A stretch of 38,271 bases of DNA. It comes from Candidatus Bathyarchaeota archaeon. Lineage in GTDB: Archaea; Thermoproteota; Bathyarchaeia; Bathyarchaeales; Bathyarchaeaceae. The notes beneath the pieces were generated by a model. It saw nothing but the letters and a program-made list of their open reading frames with translations, was not told where the DNA came from and ran no database searches. Position numbers and translations under genes: made by a program. Below, in pieces: positions 1 through 10,511 of this stretch (position 1 is the stretch's first letter; each line of letters starts with the position of its first letter). The stretch lies in contig JAOUPL010000001.1 in assembly GCA_029879825.1 (NCBI GenBank), forward strand, positions 1 to 38,271. Direction: 5' to 3'.

Positions 1-51
1 AAATTCTAAGAGAAGCCTTATGTAAGCCTGTTGCGAGAAAGATGTTTGAGA

Positions 52-126
52 GGGGCCGTCGGCTAGCATGGTCTAGGCTCTGAGCCTCGGGCGCTCGGGA
101 CCCCGGTTCAAATCCGGGCGGCCCCA
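52..126 (+). tRNA. tRNA-Pro (anticodon CGG), intron-less
   Basis: Hand-folded cloverleaf, 75 nt. Acceptor GGGGCCG/CGGCCCC, T arm CCCGG-TTCAAAT-CCGGG, anticodon stem TGAGC/GCTCG with loop CTCGGGC, discriminator A. Confidence 0.8.
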
Positions 127-269
127 CATTAAAAAGCAAAATTCTAAGATAAGCGACTAGCTTAGCATCGCAGCCACATGTAATTTTGTATCTTTAGCTT
201 TTAAAAAACCTTTAAAAGCGAGGTTTAGTAATGCAGAGGGGAGTTTTTGTGTTGTATGGGTGAGGGAAA

Positions 270-1877
270 ATGAGTGAGCGAGTTGACAAAAACTCTTCCT
301 ACCTAAACGCCAAATCCACAGTTGGAACAATAACTAGAGTAAAAGATGTGAGCCCAACGAGCGGCATGTGTCCCCTATGCATCAGAGATTGCTCCTTCTT
401 ATGCGAAGTAGGGTTGTCCACTTTCAGGGGAAGGGAAGCTCTTTACCCAGAGCCGGTACAATTTGGATACAGCACAGCCAGCGCTCTAAAGGACTTTCGC
501 CTAGACTGGTCCGACTTCAACATCCAATCAGCTCTCTTCAAAGCCGAGGGAATAGAAGCAGACTCCGACCAGGCGATATTCCAAAACGTAAACGTAGAAA
601 GCAAAGTTGCGGGAATTCAATTGAAAATCCCCATTTTAACAGGAGCCTTCGGATCCACCGAAGTGGCTAGACTAAACTGGGAAGGCTTAGCCATAGGAGC
701 AGCCCTAGCAGGAGTTATCATAACCATTGGAGAAAACGTATGCGGAATGGACTCTGAATCAAAAATCACAAACGGCAAAGTAACCTACTCGAAGGAACTG
801 AAACGTAGAGTTGAAACTTTCCGAAAATTCTGGGACGGAAAATACGGTGACGTTGCCGTTCAAACAAACGTCGAAGACCAAAGACTGGGAGTAGACGTCT
901 ACGCCTTGTCGAAACTGGAAGTAAACATAATCGAGAGAAAGTGGGGACAAGGAGCCAAAGGTATAGGCGGAGAAGTTAGAATAAGAGACTTAGAAGAAGC
1001 CATCATGCTGAAAAAGCGGGGATACTTCCTATTCCCAGACCCCGAAGACAAAACAGTTCAAGAGGCCTTCAAAGACGGAATATTCCAATCCTTCGAGAGA
1101 CACAGTCGAGTTGGCATCCCCACAGAAAAAAGATTTCTAGAAGACATCGACTGGCTGAGAAGCCAAGGAGCCAAACATGTGATCCTAAAGACAGGCGCCT
1201 ACAGACCATCCGCAGTTGCGTTCACAATGAAACTAGCATCCGAAGCCAAAATAGAAGCGGTGACCTTCGACGGCGCCGGAGGCGGAACAGGTATGAGCCC
1301 AGTGCCAATGATGGATGAAATGAGCACTCCAACGGTTTACCTAGAGACTCAGGTTTTGAAATGCGCAGAAATTTTAAGAAAAAAGGGTAGACACGTACCT
1401 GACATAATAATAGCTGGCGGTTTAATAAAAGAGTCACAAATGCTCAAGGCTATAGCGATGAGTAACTTCGGCGAAGGACCCTACGTAAAGGCTGTTTTGA
1501 TGGCGAGGGCACCCCTCCTCGCGGTCATGAAATCGTCATACTTCGCGGAACTGTCTAAAAAAGGTAAGCTACCGAGAGCGTTTGCAGAACGATACGGAAC
1601 AACACCCGACAAATTCTTCATCACAGCGCCTGAACTGAAGGCAACGTATGGAAAAAGGTTCAAGGAAATTCCTTGGGAAGCAGTTGGCCTCTACACATAT
1701 CTGAATGAAAGGATCAAGGTTGGGTTGATGCAGCTGATGGCTGGGGCAAGAAAATGGAAACTGAACCTACTTGACAGAAAAGACCTTGTTGCGCTGAGTG
1801 AAAGAGCGTCGAAGGTAACTGGAATTCCACTAGTGGAAGAAGCAGAGGAAGAAGCCATCGAAAGAATCCTAAGTTAA
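270..1877 (+). CDS. FMN-binding glutamate synthase domain-2 family protein (GltB-like)
   Basis: 535-aa ORF. N-terminal Cys cluster CPLCIRDCSFLC and an FDGAGGGTG motif typical of the GltS FMN domain. Confidence 0.65.
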   Translation: MSERVDKNSSYLNAKSTVGTITRVKDVSPTSGMCPLCIRDCSFLCEVGLSTFRGREALYPEPVQFGYSTASALKDFRLDWSDFNIQSALFKAEGIEADSDQAIFQNVNVESKVAGIQLKIPILTGAFGSTEVARLNWEGLAIGAALAGVIITIGENVCGMDSESKITNGKVTYSKELKRRVETFRKFWDGKYGDVAVQTNVEDQRLGVDVYALSKLEVNIIERKWGQGAKGIGGEVRIRDLEEAIMLKKRGYFLFPDPEDKTVQEAFKDGIFQSFERHSRVGIPTEKRFLEDIDWLRSQGAKHVILKTGAYRPSAVAFTMKLASEAKIEAVTFDGAGGGTGMSPVPMMDEMSTPTVYLETQVLKCAEILRKKGRHVPDIIIAGGLIKESQMLKAIAMSNFGEGPYVKAVLMARAPLLAVMKSSYFAELSKKGKLPRAFAERYGTTPDKFFITAPELKATYGKRFKEIPWEAVGLYTYLNERIKVGLMQLMAGARKWKLNLLDRKDLVALSERASKVTGIPLVEEAEEEAIERILS

Positions 1878-1878
1878 C

Positions 1879-3273
1879 CTATGTTTCCCTTTTCAAAATC
1901 TCTTCTGCGGTGATGACGCCTGAAGCAGACGCTTGGATGAGACCCCTACTTACCCCAGCCCCATCGCCTATCGTAAACAAATTATGAATTTTTGTTTCCA
2001 AGCAATCGCTCAATTCAAGTCTTGAAGAATAGAATTTTACTTCTATGCCATACAGTAGCGTGTCTTTCGAGTATACCCCTGGAGCAACCTGATCCAAAGC
2101 TTGAAGCATTTCACGAATATCTGCTAAGTATCGATAGGGAAGAACAAAGCTGAGATCGCCTGGCGTAGCATTCTTAAGCGTTGGGACAACCAAGCTTCTT
2201 TTTATCCGCTCTTCGGTTGATCGTCTTCCAACTTCGAAGTCACCCAGCCTTTGAACGATCACGCCTCCGCTGAGAAGGTTGGTGAGCCTTGCAAGGTATT
2301 TTCCATAGGCAATGGGTTCCCGGAAGGGCTCTGTGAAAGAAGTGCTGACCAAAATGGCGAAGTTGGTATTTCCAGTTTTCCTCTCAGCGTAACTCTGACC
2401 GTTTACAGTTAATACACCATTGTACGATTCAGTAATGACTTCTCCCAAAGGCGCAACGCAAAACGTTCTCACCTGGTCGTCAAACGACTTAGAATAGTAA
2501 ATAAACTTGGGTTCATACAAAGCCTCTGTTAGTTCCTCCATAATTGAGGCTTGAACCTCAACCCTAACGCCTACATCAACAGGGTTGTTTAACGTTTTCA
2601 AACCCAAAGACTCTGCCTCGAACTTCAACCATTCGGCTCCGCTTCTACCTGGGGCTACAATTACGTATTTCCCATAAAATCTTTCACCCGTTGTAGTCTC
2701 AACTCCTTCAACCCCATCTTTCTTAACCAGAAGGCTTTTCACATCTGTTTTGGTTCGAATATCAACCCTGTCTTTAACGTGACGACGCATTTTGCGGAGG
2801 GTTTGGGCGCACTTTTCGGTGCCCATGTGGCGTACTTTTTGCGGAATAAGCTTCAACCCAGCGAAGGATGCTCTTCGCGCGATTTCATCAATTTTATCGG
2901 GGTCCACTCCATAAAGGTGTTTAATTGCCCCGAACTTCAGATATACGCTGTCCACGTAGTTCACCAAGTCGCCGAGTTTTTCGTTGGTACAATATTCGTT
3001 GAGCCACCCACCAACCTCGGTGGATAGGGTAAGTTTTCCATCGCTGAAGGCGCCGGCGCCGCCCCAGCCCGATAGCAATGAACAAGGGTCACAGTTTAAG
3101 CATCCTAAACCTCTGTTCGCTGGACACTTGCGTTGATTGATGTCTGGACCCTTCTCGATCATAAGAATATTTAATTCCGTTTTGTCAGCCAGTTCAAGAG
3201 CGGAGAAGATTCCAGCCGGACCGGCGCCGACGATTATAACATCAAATTTCAAGAGGCATCCTCCGGAACCCAA
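1879..3273 (-). CDS. FAD-dependent dehydrogenase (COG2509-like)
   Basis: 464-aa ORF with N-terminal dinucleotide fold VIIVGAGPAGIFSALEL and C-terminal GDGAG motif. Confidence 0.65.
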   Translation of the reverse strand: MGSGGCLLKFDVIIVGAGPAGIFSALELADKTELNILMIEKGPDINQRKCPANRGLGCLNCDPCSLLSGWGGAGAFSDGKLTLSTEVGGWLNEYCTNEKLGDLVNYVDSVYLKFGAIKHLYGVDPDKIDEIARRASFAGLKLIPQKVRHMGTEKCAQTLRKMRRHVKDRVDIRTKTDVKSLLVKKDGVEGVETTTGERFYGKYVIVAPGRSGAEWLKFEAESLGLKTLNNPVDVGVRVEVQASIMEELTEALYEPKFIYYSKSFDDQVRTFCVAPLGEVITESYNGVLTVNGQSYAERKTGNTNFAILVSTSFTEPFREPIAYGKYLARLTNLLSGGVIVQRLGDFEVGRRSTEERIKRSLVVPTLKNATPGDLSFVLPYRYLADIREMLQALDQVAPGVYSKDTLLYGIEVKFYSSRLELSDCLETKIHNLFTIGDGAGVSRGLIQASASGVITAEEILKRET

Positions 3274-3426
3274 AACTACATGTTACAAGTGTAATATATG
3301 TTTTAGCTAGCGGCTCAACCGAAGACTTCTATTAATTTGCAGAGTGAACGGCCAGAAAAGTAGAAGGCTAACAGAGAGGTAAGATGAAACTTTGAAGCAA
3401 CTTTTTTTAAGTCGAATACAATTAAA

Positions 3427-4506
3427 ATGGAGTTTCGTAGGAAGCCATCTAACATGAAGGCTGGAATAGTTGGTTGCGGAGACGTTTCTGGGCTTCATGT
3501 AAATGCATGGAGAGACATAGGAGCGTCCGTAACCACTGTCTGTGACATAAATGAAAAAACTGCCATGCAATTTGCCAAAAAATGGAGAATCCCTTCTCAC
3601 CATACTAGCTTCTCTGAGATGCTCCAAAGCGAAGACCTTTTCGCTATTTCAATCTGTACTCCTCCCCAATTTCACGCGGATCTAGCTACAGAGGCTCTGG
3701 AGTCTGGATGTCACGTGGTCGTGGAAAAACCCTTCACTGTGACGACTAAGGGGGCGGATAAAGTCATGGATACGCTTCAGAATTCATCATCGAGGCTGAC
3801 GATAATTCATAGCCAACTCTTTGAGCCGTCAATGCTACGTGCAACGAAGCGAATTAAAGCAGGAGACATTGGGCAAATCGTTGGAATGAACGTTGGAATT
3901 TTACACAGCAATGATGAACCAATGGCATCAGATAGAAATCATTGGTGCTATAGACTTCCAGGGGGCAGATTTGGAGAAAACTTACCCCACCCCATATATC
4001 TTCTCCAAGCCGTTCTAGGAAAATTGGAAGTCAAATCCGTTTTCACTGACAAACTGGGCCCTTATCCATGGATGCCCTTCGATGAATTGAGAGTAATTTT
4101 GGAGGCCGATGAGAAAAAGATTGGAACCATTTATATCAGCTTTAACGCTCCAGGGTCCCAGAGAACTGATGTCTATACAGACATCTACGGCACTGGAGGT
4201 GCCGTGCAAGCCGGAATCTACCCTATTAGCAGTTTAATTGCAACGAAGCCCGGACGCGGAATATGGCTCGCCGAGAATGTCGTTGACCAGATCAAAATAG
4301 GGCTTTCATACTTGAGCACCATCTTAGCTAAACAGAGAGGACCCAGAAGTTTTAGCACTGCGCATGCAATGATTATCAGGTCATTTGTGGAAAGCATCTG
4401 TGGTAACGGAGAACCACTAGTCACCCCTGAAATGGGATATGAAACCGTGCATGTCGTTGAACAGATATGTAGACAAATAGATAAGACCTCAGTTTCTAAG
4501 AATTAA
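3427..4506 (+). CDS. Gfo/Idh/MocA family oxidoreductase
   Basis: Rossmann start MKAGIVGCGDVS; the likely true ATG is at 3454. EKP motif (VVVEKPF). Confidence 0.7.
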   Translation: MEFRRKPSNMKAGIVGCGDVSGLHVNAWRDIGASVTTVCDINEKTAMQFAKKWRIPSHHTSFSEMLQSEDLFAISICTPPQFHADLATEALESGCHVVVEKPFTVTTKGADKVMDTLQNSSSRLTIIHSQLFEPSMLRATKRIKAGDIGQIVGMNVGILHSNDEPMASDRNHWCYRLPGGRFGENLPHPIYLLQAVLGKLEVKSVFTDKLGPYPWMPFDELRVILEADEKKIGTIYISFNAPGSQRTDVYTDIYGTGGAVQAGIYPISSLIATKPGRGIWLAENVVDQIKIGLSYLSTILAKQRGPRSFSTAHAMIIRSFVESICGNGEPLVTPEMGYETVHVVEQICRQIDKTSVSKN

Positions 4507-4652
4507 CGCGCGCGTAATAGTTTATGACGTTAATAAATTGTTTATCTCGTTTATTATATCATCTTGAAGACTTTTCACGGTCTAGGCTTATCTGCAGGAG
4601 GCAACATTAGAGTTTTTAAGAGGCACTTAATTAGTGATTTGAGGGTTTCTGG

Positions 4653-5828
4653 ATGAGAACTCTAGACGGAGTCAGAGTATTAGACCTAACTAGGCTGTTG
4701 CCTGGAGGCTATTGCACAATGATACTGGGCGATATGGGAGCCGAAGTCATTAAGGTTGAAGAACCTAGCTTAGGCGACTACATACGTTGGGTGCCCCCGC
4801 TCATAAAGGGTCAAAGTGTCTCTCACCTAATGCTGAACAGGAACAAGAAAAGTCTGAAACTGAACCTGAAGTCTGAGAAGGGCAAAGAGGTTTTCTATAA
4901 GTTAGTGGAAAGGTCCGATGTAGTTATCGAATGCTTCAGACCAGGAGTTGTCAAAAGACTCGGCATCGATTACGAGTCTGTCATTAAGGTTAACCAACGC
5001 ATAGTTTATTGTTCAATGTCTGGCTATGGTCAGGATGGACCCTATAGAGACTTGCCAGGACACGATGTAAACTACATAGGCTATGGGGGGGTCCTTGGCA
5101 TAACCGGCCAATCCGGTGAGACTCCTGTAATACCAGGCGTTCAAATCGCGGACTTGACCACGGGCCTTATGACGGTTATGGCGATACTCGCTGCCCTCTT
5201 GGCGCGAGAGAAAATGGGAAGAGGGCAATACATTGACGTATCCTTCCTTGATGTTGTCGCTTCTCTGATAGTCTTACCTGCAGCCTTCTATGTTGGTGAC
5301 GGAAGGCCCCCGAAACGTGGCGAGTGGTTGTTGAATGGTGGTTTTCCCTGCTATAACGTCTATGAGGCCAAAGATGGGAAGTATATAACCATAGGATGCC
5401 TAGAAGAGGAATTTTGGGCTAGCCTCTGTAGGGCCTTGAACGTAACCGACTTCATCAAATACCAGTATACCACCGACGATGCTAAGCTCAAGGAGATGTT
5501 TCAAACCATCAAGAAAATTTTCAAAAGAAGAACTCTGAGCGAGTGGATTAAGTTTTTGTCAAAGGAGGATGTGCCGTGTGGACCTGTCTTCGACATGGAC
5601 GAGGTGTTCAAGGATCCTCAGATATTGCATAGGAAGATGGTTGTGGAAGTTGAGTATCCAGGCGTGGGCAAAATCAAACAACTCGGCACGCCAATGAAAT
5701 TCTCTGAAACCCCTTGTGAGATTAGGAGTCCCCCTCCATCCTTCGGAGAACACACAGAGGAAATTTTGAAGTGGCTTGGTTACGCTGAGGCAGAAATACT
5801 GAGCATGCAGCAGGAAGGCGTCACGTAA
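4653..5828 (+). CDS. Family III CoA-transferase (CaiB/BaiF, acyl-CoA racemase-like)
   Basis: The N-terminus GVRVLDLTRLLPGGYCTMILGDMGAEVIKVE is the family signature. 391 aa. Confidence 0.8.
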   Translation: MRTLDGVRVLDLTRLLPGGYCTMILGDMGAEVIKVEEPSLGDYIRWVPPLIKGQSVSHLMLNRNKKSLKLNLKSEKGKEVFYKLVERSDVVIECFRPGVVKRLGIDYESVIKVNQRIVYCSMSGYGQDGPYRDLPGHDVNYIGYGGVLGITGQSGETPVIPGVQIADLTTGLMTVMAILAALLAREKMGRGQYIDVSFLDVVASLIVLPAAFYVGDGRPPKRGEWLLNGGFPCYNVYEAKDGKYITIGCLEEEFWASLCRALNVTDFIKYQYTTDDAKLKEMFQTIKKIFKRRTLSEWIKFLSKEDVPCGPVFDMDEVFKDPQILHRKMVVEVEYPGVGKIKQLGTPMKFSETPCEIRSPPPSFGEHTEEILKWLGYAEAEILSMQQEGVT

Positions 5829-5908
5829 CGCTAGAAGCTTCGCTACTGAAACGTTGATGATGAGGCTGGGATATGAGGCAACATGCGCCAATGGTCCTCT
5901 ATCTAGTT

Positions 5909-6187
5909 TTAGTCTTTGATGGCTTCGAGGAGACTCATGACATTCCAAAGTTTCACTCTAGTGTAGGGTGGCATGTTAGGGTCTTGCAAGATATCGTCGA
6001 GAATCGATATGGCGCTGGACGCCCTGACGGCTGGAGTGTTTTCCGTCAGCTGAAGCGATTCGATGGACTGCTTTGCAGCCCTTCTTATGTTGCGGGGAGT
6101 TGTGGTGTCTTCGGAAACTAGTCCAAGAACGTTCATGGCTTCTTTTATTCTTTCCTCATATTCCTGCAATTTCTTTTTTCTAACCAT
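5909..6187 (-). CDS. UPF0147 family small protein
   Basis: 92 aa. The TTPRNIRRAAKQ...AISILD...DPNMPPYTRVKLWN pattern matches my recollection of archaeal UPF0147. Confidence 0.6.
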   Translation of the reverse strand: MVRKKKLQEYEERIKEAMNVLGLVSEDTTTPRNIRRAAKQSIESLQLTENTPAVRASSAISILDDILQDPNMPPYTRVKLWNVMSLLEAIKD

Positions 6188-6384
6188 ACAGAAGCCTCCG
6201 GCAATATTGCTTCAGCGAGATGCAACCTGTTTGTTCATATGGTATAGACAGGCGCCGATTTATACTGTTTGCGGATTGGCTTAGCCTTTGGCAGTTTATT
6301 CGACTCATAGAGCCTAGGGAGGGGATGGGTATAATTGACACAGAGATTATATTATTTACGTATAACTAAGTTTGTTAAGGGGCT

Positions 6385-6747
6385 TTGAAGTTGCCTAAGG
6401 AGTCGAAGGACATCAAAACCATGGCGGATATGCTTAGGCGGGGTGCCACCCTCACAGAGCATTCCTGTCCAGCCTGTTCTTCACCTCTCTTCAAACTGAA
6501 AAGCGGGGACCTCTGGTGTGTTCAGTGTCAAAAGCGGGTGATAGTGGTGAAGGAAGGAGAGACACCGACAGAGGCCGCGAGCCTGGTACTTCTCACCAGC
6601 CTAGAGTCAACTATCCTAACGAAGATTCAAGAAATAGAAAAAGAAATCAGAGAAGAGAAGGACGCTGAAAAACTGCAGAGACTTGGATCCATCCTATCTA
6701 CGCTACTTGAAAATCTTGAAAGGATAAGAAAGACGAAAAGAACGTAA
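6385..6747 (+). CDS. UPF0148 / SSSCA1-like zinc-ribbon protein
   Basis: CPACSSPLF...WCVQC zinc ribbon followed by a coiled-coil tail. The ATG at 6421 is a likelier start than the TTG at 6385. Confidence 0.55.
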   Translation: MKLPKESKDIKTMADMLRRGATLTEHSCPACSSPLFKLKSGDLWCVQCQKRVIVVKEGETPTEAASLVLLTSLESTILTKIQEIEKEIREEKDAEKLQRLGSILSTLLENLERIRKTKRT

Positions 6748-6771
6748 TAATCTCAGCAAAAGGCGTGTAGG

Positions 6772-7302
6772 TTGCTAGGGCGTTACGAAAATTTTCCGGA
6801 AGTCATCCACGGTGTTGTTCGATTCACCTGTGAGTCATCAATAAGAAAGGTCCAGCAAACAATTCTCTCCACGCTTCATAATTTAAATCATGAAGCTTGT
6901 GGTTTAAGGGCTGTAACGCCCCATTTGCCACAAGAGTGTGAGGTTAGTTTCGAGCTTGGAGTAGCTGAAGACTTCGATTTCAACTTTTTAGACGAGAAGG
7001 AACTAGATAGGTTTCAGAGAAGCATAGCTGAAAAAGAACTGTCAACACTAGATTTTTTCTTCGTTGTTCGTTACCATGTTGTCAATGACGAGGGGAAACG
7101 AGTTCCATTAAAATTTGATTATCACATGCTCCGCTTCATGTTCCAAGAGAACAGCATGGAGCTGCGGATCTGCCATGAAAGAGGAACCCAACGAGTTCCC
7201 CTAGAAGATTTGATCACTTTTATAACGAAGCGCATAAACGAAGAACTCTCCCAGAGGCAGCTAAAACCGTTAAACTTGGAATATTTGCGAGTTCTCTACT
7301 AA
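6772..7302 (+). CDS. Hypothetical protein
   Basis: 176-aa ORF with a TTG start and coding-like composition. No family recognised. Confidence 0.45.
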   Translation: MLGRYENFPEVIHGVVRFTCESSIRKVQQTILSTLHNLNHEACGLRAVTPHLPQECEVSFELGVAEDFDFNFLDEKELDRFQRSIAEKELSTLDFFFVVRYHVVNDEGKRVPLKFDYHMLRFMFQENSMELRICHERGTQRVPLEDLITFITKRINEELSQRQLKPLNLEYLRVLY

Positions 7303-7655
7303 AACAAACCTAGTGTTACCTTTAACATGGCATATGCGCTCGCTGTGCGTCTAGGCTTAACTTTCCCTATTTTTGTCCCTTAACGCGTGCCGATTTGCTG
7401 GTTGCACGTGCCGTCCCATCGGCATTTTGTCCTATTTCGATACGATGCCTTGAAATCGCATTGTCTTTTGAATTTGCAGTTTGGTAGTTTAGATTTCTGG
7501 TTTGACATTGTGGCTTGACGTTGACTCTGACATTTAATATGAGTTATGAATTGCAAATCAGAATTCAAAATCCATTAAGATGCCAAAAGCTCGCGCTAAC
7601 CAGCAAAACCAAGCTTATAACATTATTTTCCTTATCTTATAAGGAGGAGAGAGCT

Positions 7656-8129
7656 ATGCTAACAAAAAAGAAGAGGTGGACGGAGAAATTGGCAGATAGT
7701 AAGGGTCTGCCGAAAGTGGAAAAAATCACTGATAAAATGAGCAAAAGATGGGGCACAGGCACAGTTGTTATCCCCGCGCCGATTGAAGTCGATGAAATGA
7801 TGAGAAAAGTGCCTGAGGGAAAACTTGTTACCATTAATGAAATTCGTGCGGCGCTAGCGAAAAAACACAAGGCAACGATTGGTTGCCCTATGACAACTGG
7901 TATTTTTGCTTGGGTTGCGGCTCATGCTGCTGAAGAACAAAGACAAGAGGGTGAAAAAGATGTTACCCCTTACTGGCGTACCTTGAAAACTGGTGGAGTG
8001 ATAAACGCGAAATATCCCGGCGGAGTCGAAGGACAGAAAAAACTCTTGGAAAAAGAGGGGCATAAAGTAGTTAAAAAAGGCAAAAAACATATCATCGCCG
8101 ATTACGAAACAACGTTGATAAAGCTTTAG
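7656..8129 (+). CDS. MGMT/ATL-family DNA-binding domain protein
   Basis: ATG at 7656 preceded by AAGGAGG. VTINEIRAALAKKH...CPMTTG...PYWRTLK resembles the MGMT-family wHTH. The upstream part of track ORF 7515.. looks non-coding. Confidence 0.55.
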   Translation: MLTKKKRWTEKLADSKGLPKVEKITDKMSKRWGTGTVVIPAPIEVDEMMRKVPEGKLVTINEIRAALAKKHKATIGCPMTTGIFAWVAAHAAEEQRQEGEKDVTPYWRTLKTGGVINAKYPGGVEGQKKLLEKEGHKVVKKGKKHIIADYETTLIKL

Positions 8130-8150
8130 ACTCTTGGCAAGCGCGTCCAA

Positions 8151-8768
8151 TCATACAGATTGGAAATCTCTATAATTTTTCAAAAAGTCGAGGACAACTG
8201 TCAAAATATCTTTTGCCACTTCATTTTTTCTTCTGTTTCCATCAACGGACACAAGCTTTCCCTTCTCTACAAACTTCATGTAAACCTCCCTAACCCTCCT
8301 TTGAGTCCCCAGCCTTTCCATAACCGACTTTTTCCGCCTCATCCTTTTGACTACAACTTCCGGCGGGACATCAATATATATCGCCAAATCCGGGGTAAGA
8401 GCCAACCTGTTAATCTCTTCAATCCATTTAATATCTAATCCCGCTGCCCCTTGATATGCCAAGGACGAGTAGACGTATCTGTCAGAAACCACAATCTTCC
8501 CCTCCTCCAACGCGGGCTTAACCTCTTTCTCCACGTGATCAAACCGATCAACCGCAAATAAGAGGGCTTCCACAACGCTTGGCACCCGCCTCTTCCTCTG
8601 CAGAATATATGTCCTTATGAACCTTCCAATTTCGCCTAGACTCGGCTCAGTGGTGTATAGAGCGTCAAAACCCTCTCTTCGCAGATTTCTTACAAGCCGA
8701 TGGGCATGGGTAGTTTTTCCGCTGGCGTCAAGCCCCTCGATGCAGACGAAAACTCCCTTCTTCTTCAC
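8151..8768 (-). CDS. tmk: Thymidylate kinase
   Basis: P-loop IEGLDASGKTT, DRY motif (SDRYVYSSLAYQ), 205 aa. Confidence 0.85.
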   Translation of the reverse strand: MKKKGVFVCIEGLDASGKTTHAHRLVRNLRREGFDALYTTEPSLGEIGRFIRTYILQRKRRVPSVVEALLFAVDRFDHVEKEVKPALEEGKIVVSDRYVYSSLAYQGAAGLDIKWIEEINRLALTPDLAIYIDVPPEVVVKRMRRKKSVMERLGTQRRVREVYMKFVEKGKLVSVDGNRRKNEVAKDILTVVLDFLKNYRDFQSV

Positions 8769-8815
8769 CAGTCAGCCCGCCCACTATCCATAATAAATCG
8801 ATTACCTTAATAATA

Positions 8816-10129
8816 ATGCTCAAGATTGACAAGAATAGGAGAAACGTCGCCATGCGACGATACTGGGGCGAAATAAAAGACCCTGTTTATGGGTATGTTT
8901 ACGTTACGGAAGCAGAAAAAGAAATCATCGACTCCTTCCCAGTTCAGAGGCTTCATCGGCTAAGACAACTGGCAGGAGCAGAATTTGTTTATCCAGGCGC
9001 CAACCACACTCGCTTCGAGCACTCCATCGGCGTCATGTACCTAGCCGGCTGTCTCTCAGAGAACCCAAACCTTTCAAGCCACCTCTCAGAAGACGAGAGT
9101 CAAACCATCAGAATAGCCGCCTTACTTCACGACGTAGGCCACGGTCCCTTCTCCCACGTTTTTGAACACCTCCTCGCAAAGTTTCTGAACAAAACCCATG
9201 AAGACATGACCACTTGGATTATCCAAAAATCCGAACTAAGCGACATAATCAAAGGGCTGGGATACGACCCAGATGTTATCGGAAAACTAGCAGTTGGGTC
9301 ACTGCATAAACCGGGCAAGGCTTTCATCGATCAGATCATCCAAAGCTCTGTGGATGTGGACAAACTCGATTTCGTGGTCCGAGACACCTATCACACTGGC
9401 GCAGAATACGGATACGTAGATGTCTTCCGTCTCATCCATATGTTGGACATCCTTGACGAAAACCTTGCGGTTGACTTAGGAGCCCTATCAGCCCTCGAAT
9501 CCTTCATGCTAGCCAGACTGGAATCCTTCAAGAGCATATACTTCCACAGAGTTGCACGAGCAGCGCAAATAATGATTGCAAAGGCCATGGAAGAAGCGAA
9601 AGATGAACTAGGTCTAGTAGACTTCCAGTCACCGGAAGAATATCTGGCCTTAAACGACTACACCGTTTGGGCCATGCTGAGGAAATGCGAAAAATCTAGA
9701 AAGATCATGGGAAACCTAGAAAGACGCAGACTCCTCAAATGCGCCTACGACAGGACTTTCCACGTGAGAGAAAAAACCATGACAAGCATCTTAAGTGTCG
9801 AGGAAATCAGAAACCAAATGAGGGACAAAATCGCCTCAGAGGCAGGAGTTGAAACGCAATCCGTTATGATCGACGTGCCAACACTTCCCTCAGTGCCTTA
9901 CCATCACTCTGTTTTACTAGAACCGATGGAAGTCCCAGTTTTTCAGAAAACTAGGGAAGGAAGAAAAGTTTCTCAACGACTAGGCGACATCTCCGGAGTA
10001 TTCGAAGTTCTCAAAGGATTCATAAACATTCTACGCGTCTACACGGAAGAACAGCATCTTGAAAAGGTGGCTTCAGCTGCGGCGAAACTACTCGGCGGAA
10101 CCCCTTCCTCAGTGACAATATCATACTAG
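8816..10129 (+). CDS. HD-domain phosphohydrolase (dNTP triphosphohydrolase-like, COG1078)
   Basis: RFEHSIGV and LLHDVGHGPFSH motifs, plus DKLDF. 437 aa; the start may be the internal M at 8852. Confidence 0.75.
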   Translation: MLKIDKNRRNVAMRRYWGEIKDPVYGYVYVTEAEKEIIDSFPVQRLHRLRQLAGAEFVYPGANHTRFEHSIGVMYLAGCLSENPNLSSHLSEDESQTIRIAALLHDVGHGPFSHVFEHLLAKFLNKTHEDMTTWIIQKSELSDIIKGLGYDPDVIGKLAVGSLHKPGKAFIDQIIQSSVDVDKLDFVVRDTYHTGAEYGYVDVFRLIHMLDILDENLAVDLGALSALESFMLARLESFKSIYFHRVARAAQIMIAKAMEEAKDELGLVDFQSPEEYLALNDYTVWAMLRKCEKSRKIMGNLERRRLLKCAYDRTFHVREKTMTSILSVEEIRNQMRDKIASEAGVETQSVMIDVPTLPSVPYHHSVLLEPMEVPVFQKTREGRKVSQRLGDISGVFEVLKGFINILRVYTEEQHLEKVASAAAKLLGGTPSSVTISY

Positions 10130-10221
10130 AGGAGGGAGGCTGCATCGACACGGTATGCTTCTTATAAAGTGGAGAAAAGTTAAAACGAGGGAACGGATTA
10201 TTGCATGATGCTCCGGTTTGG

Positions 10222-10360
10222 GCTCCGGTAGAAGAGAGGACACGGCTCCTCTTCTGCCAAATATAGCCAGGTTAAACCTCTTCGGACCAAGTATTTCGGC
10301 CTTTCGACGCTCACCGGAAGAAAGCCGAAGACCCGGGTTCGAATCCCGGCCGGAGCACCA
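10222..10360 (+). tRNA. tRNA-Glu (anticodon UUC) with encoded CCA and about three introns
   Basis: Acceptor GCTCCGG/CCGGAGC, T arm CCGGG-TTCGAAT-CCCGG, discriminator A + CCA. Anticodon arm TCGGC-CTTTCG[16-nt intron 10307-10322]A-GCCGA. The D arm ATAT...GTAT only assembles if 10231-10260 (30 nt) and about 10269-10283 (15 nt) are removed. Exons sum to 75 nt + CCA. Confidence 0.6.
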
Positions 10361-10511
10361 ATTTTAATCATTTAGTGCACAATATGTTTAAATTCACTGA
10401 GCGAGTCGAAGTTTAGCCAGATACTTTGGATTTTTTGTCCGTTTTTTCATCACAAATTTCTGTATTGTTTATTAGGAAGAGGAACCGTATGTCTGTTTCC
10501 ACTAGGTAGGG

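Noticed and set aside
10210-10216. Upstream GCTCCGG copy as the true 5' acceptor strand of tRNA-Glu
   Set aside because: Starting here, no D arm compatible with the GUAU 3' strand can be built. Starting at 10222 gives U8-A9 followed, after a 30-nt intron, by the required AUAU. I kept it only as possible leader sequence.
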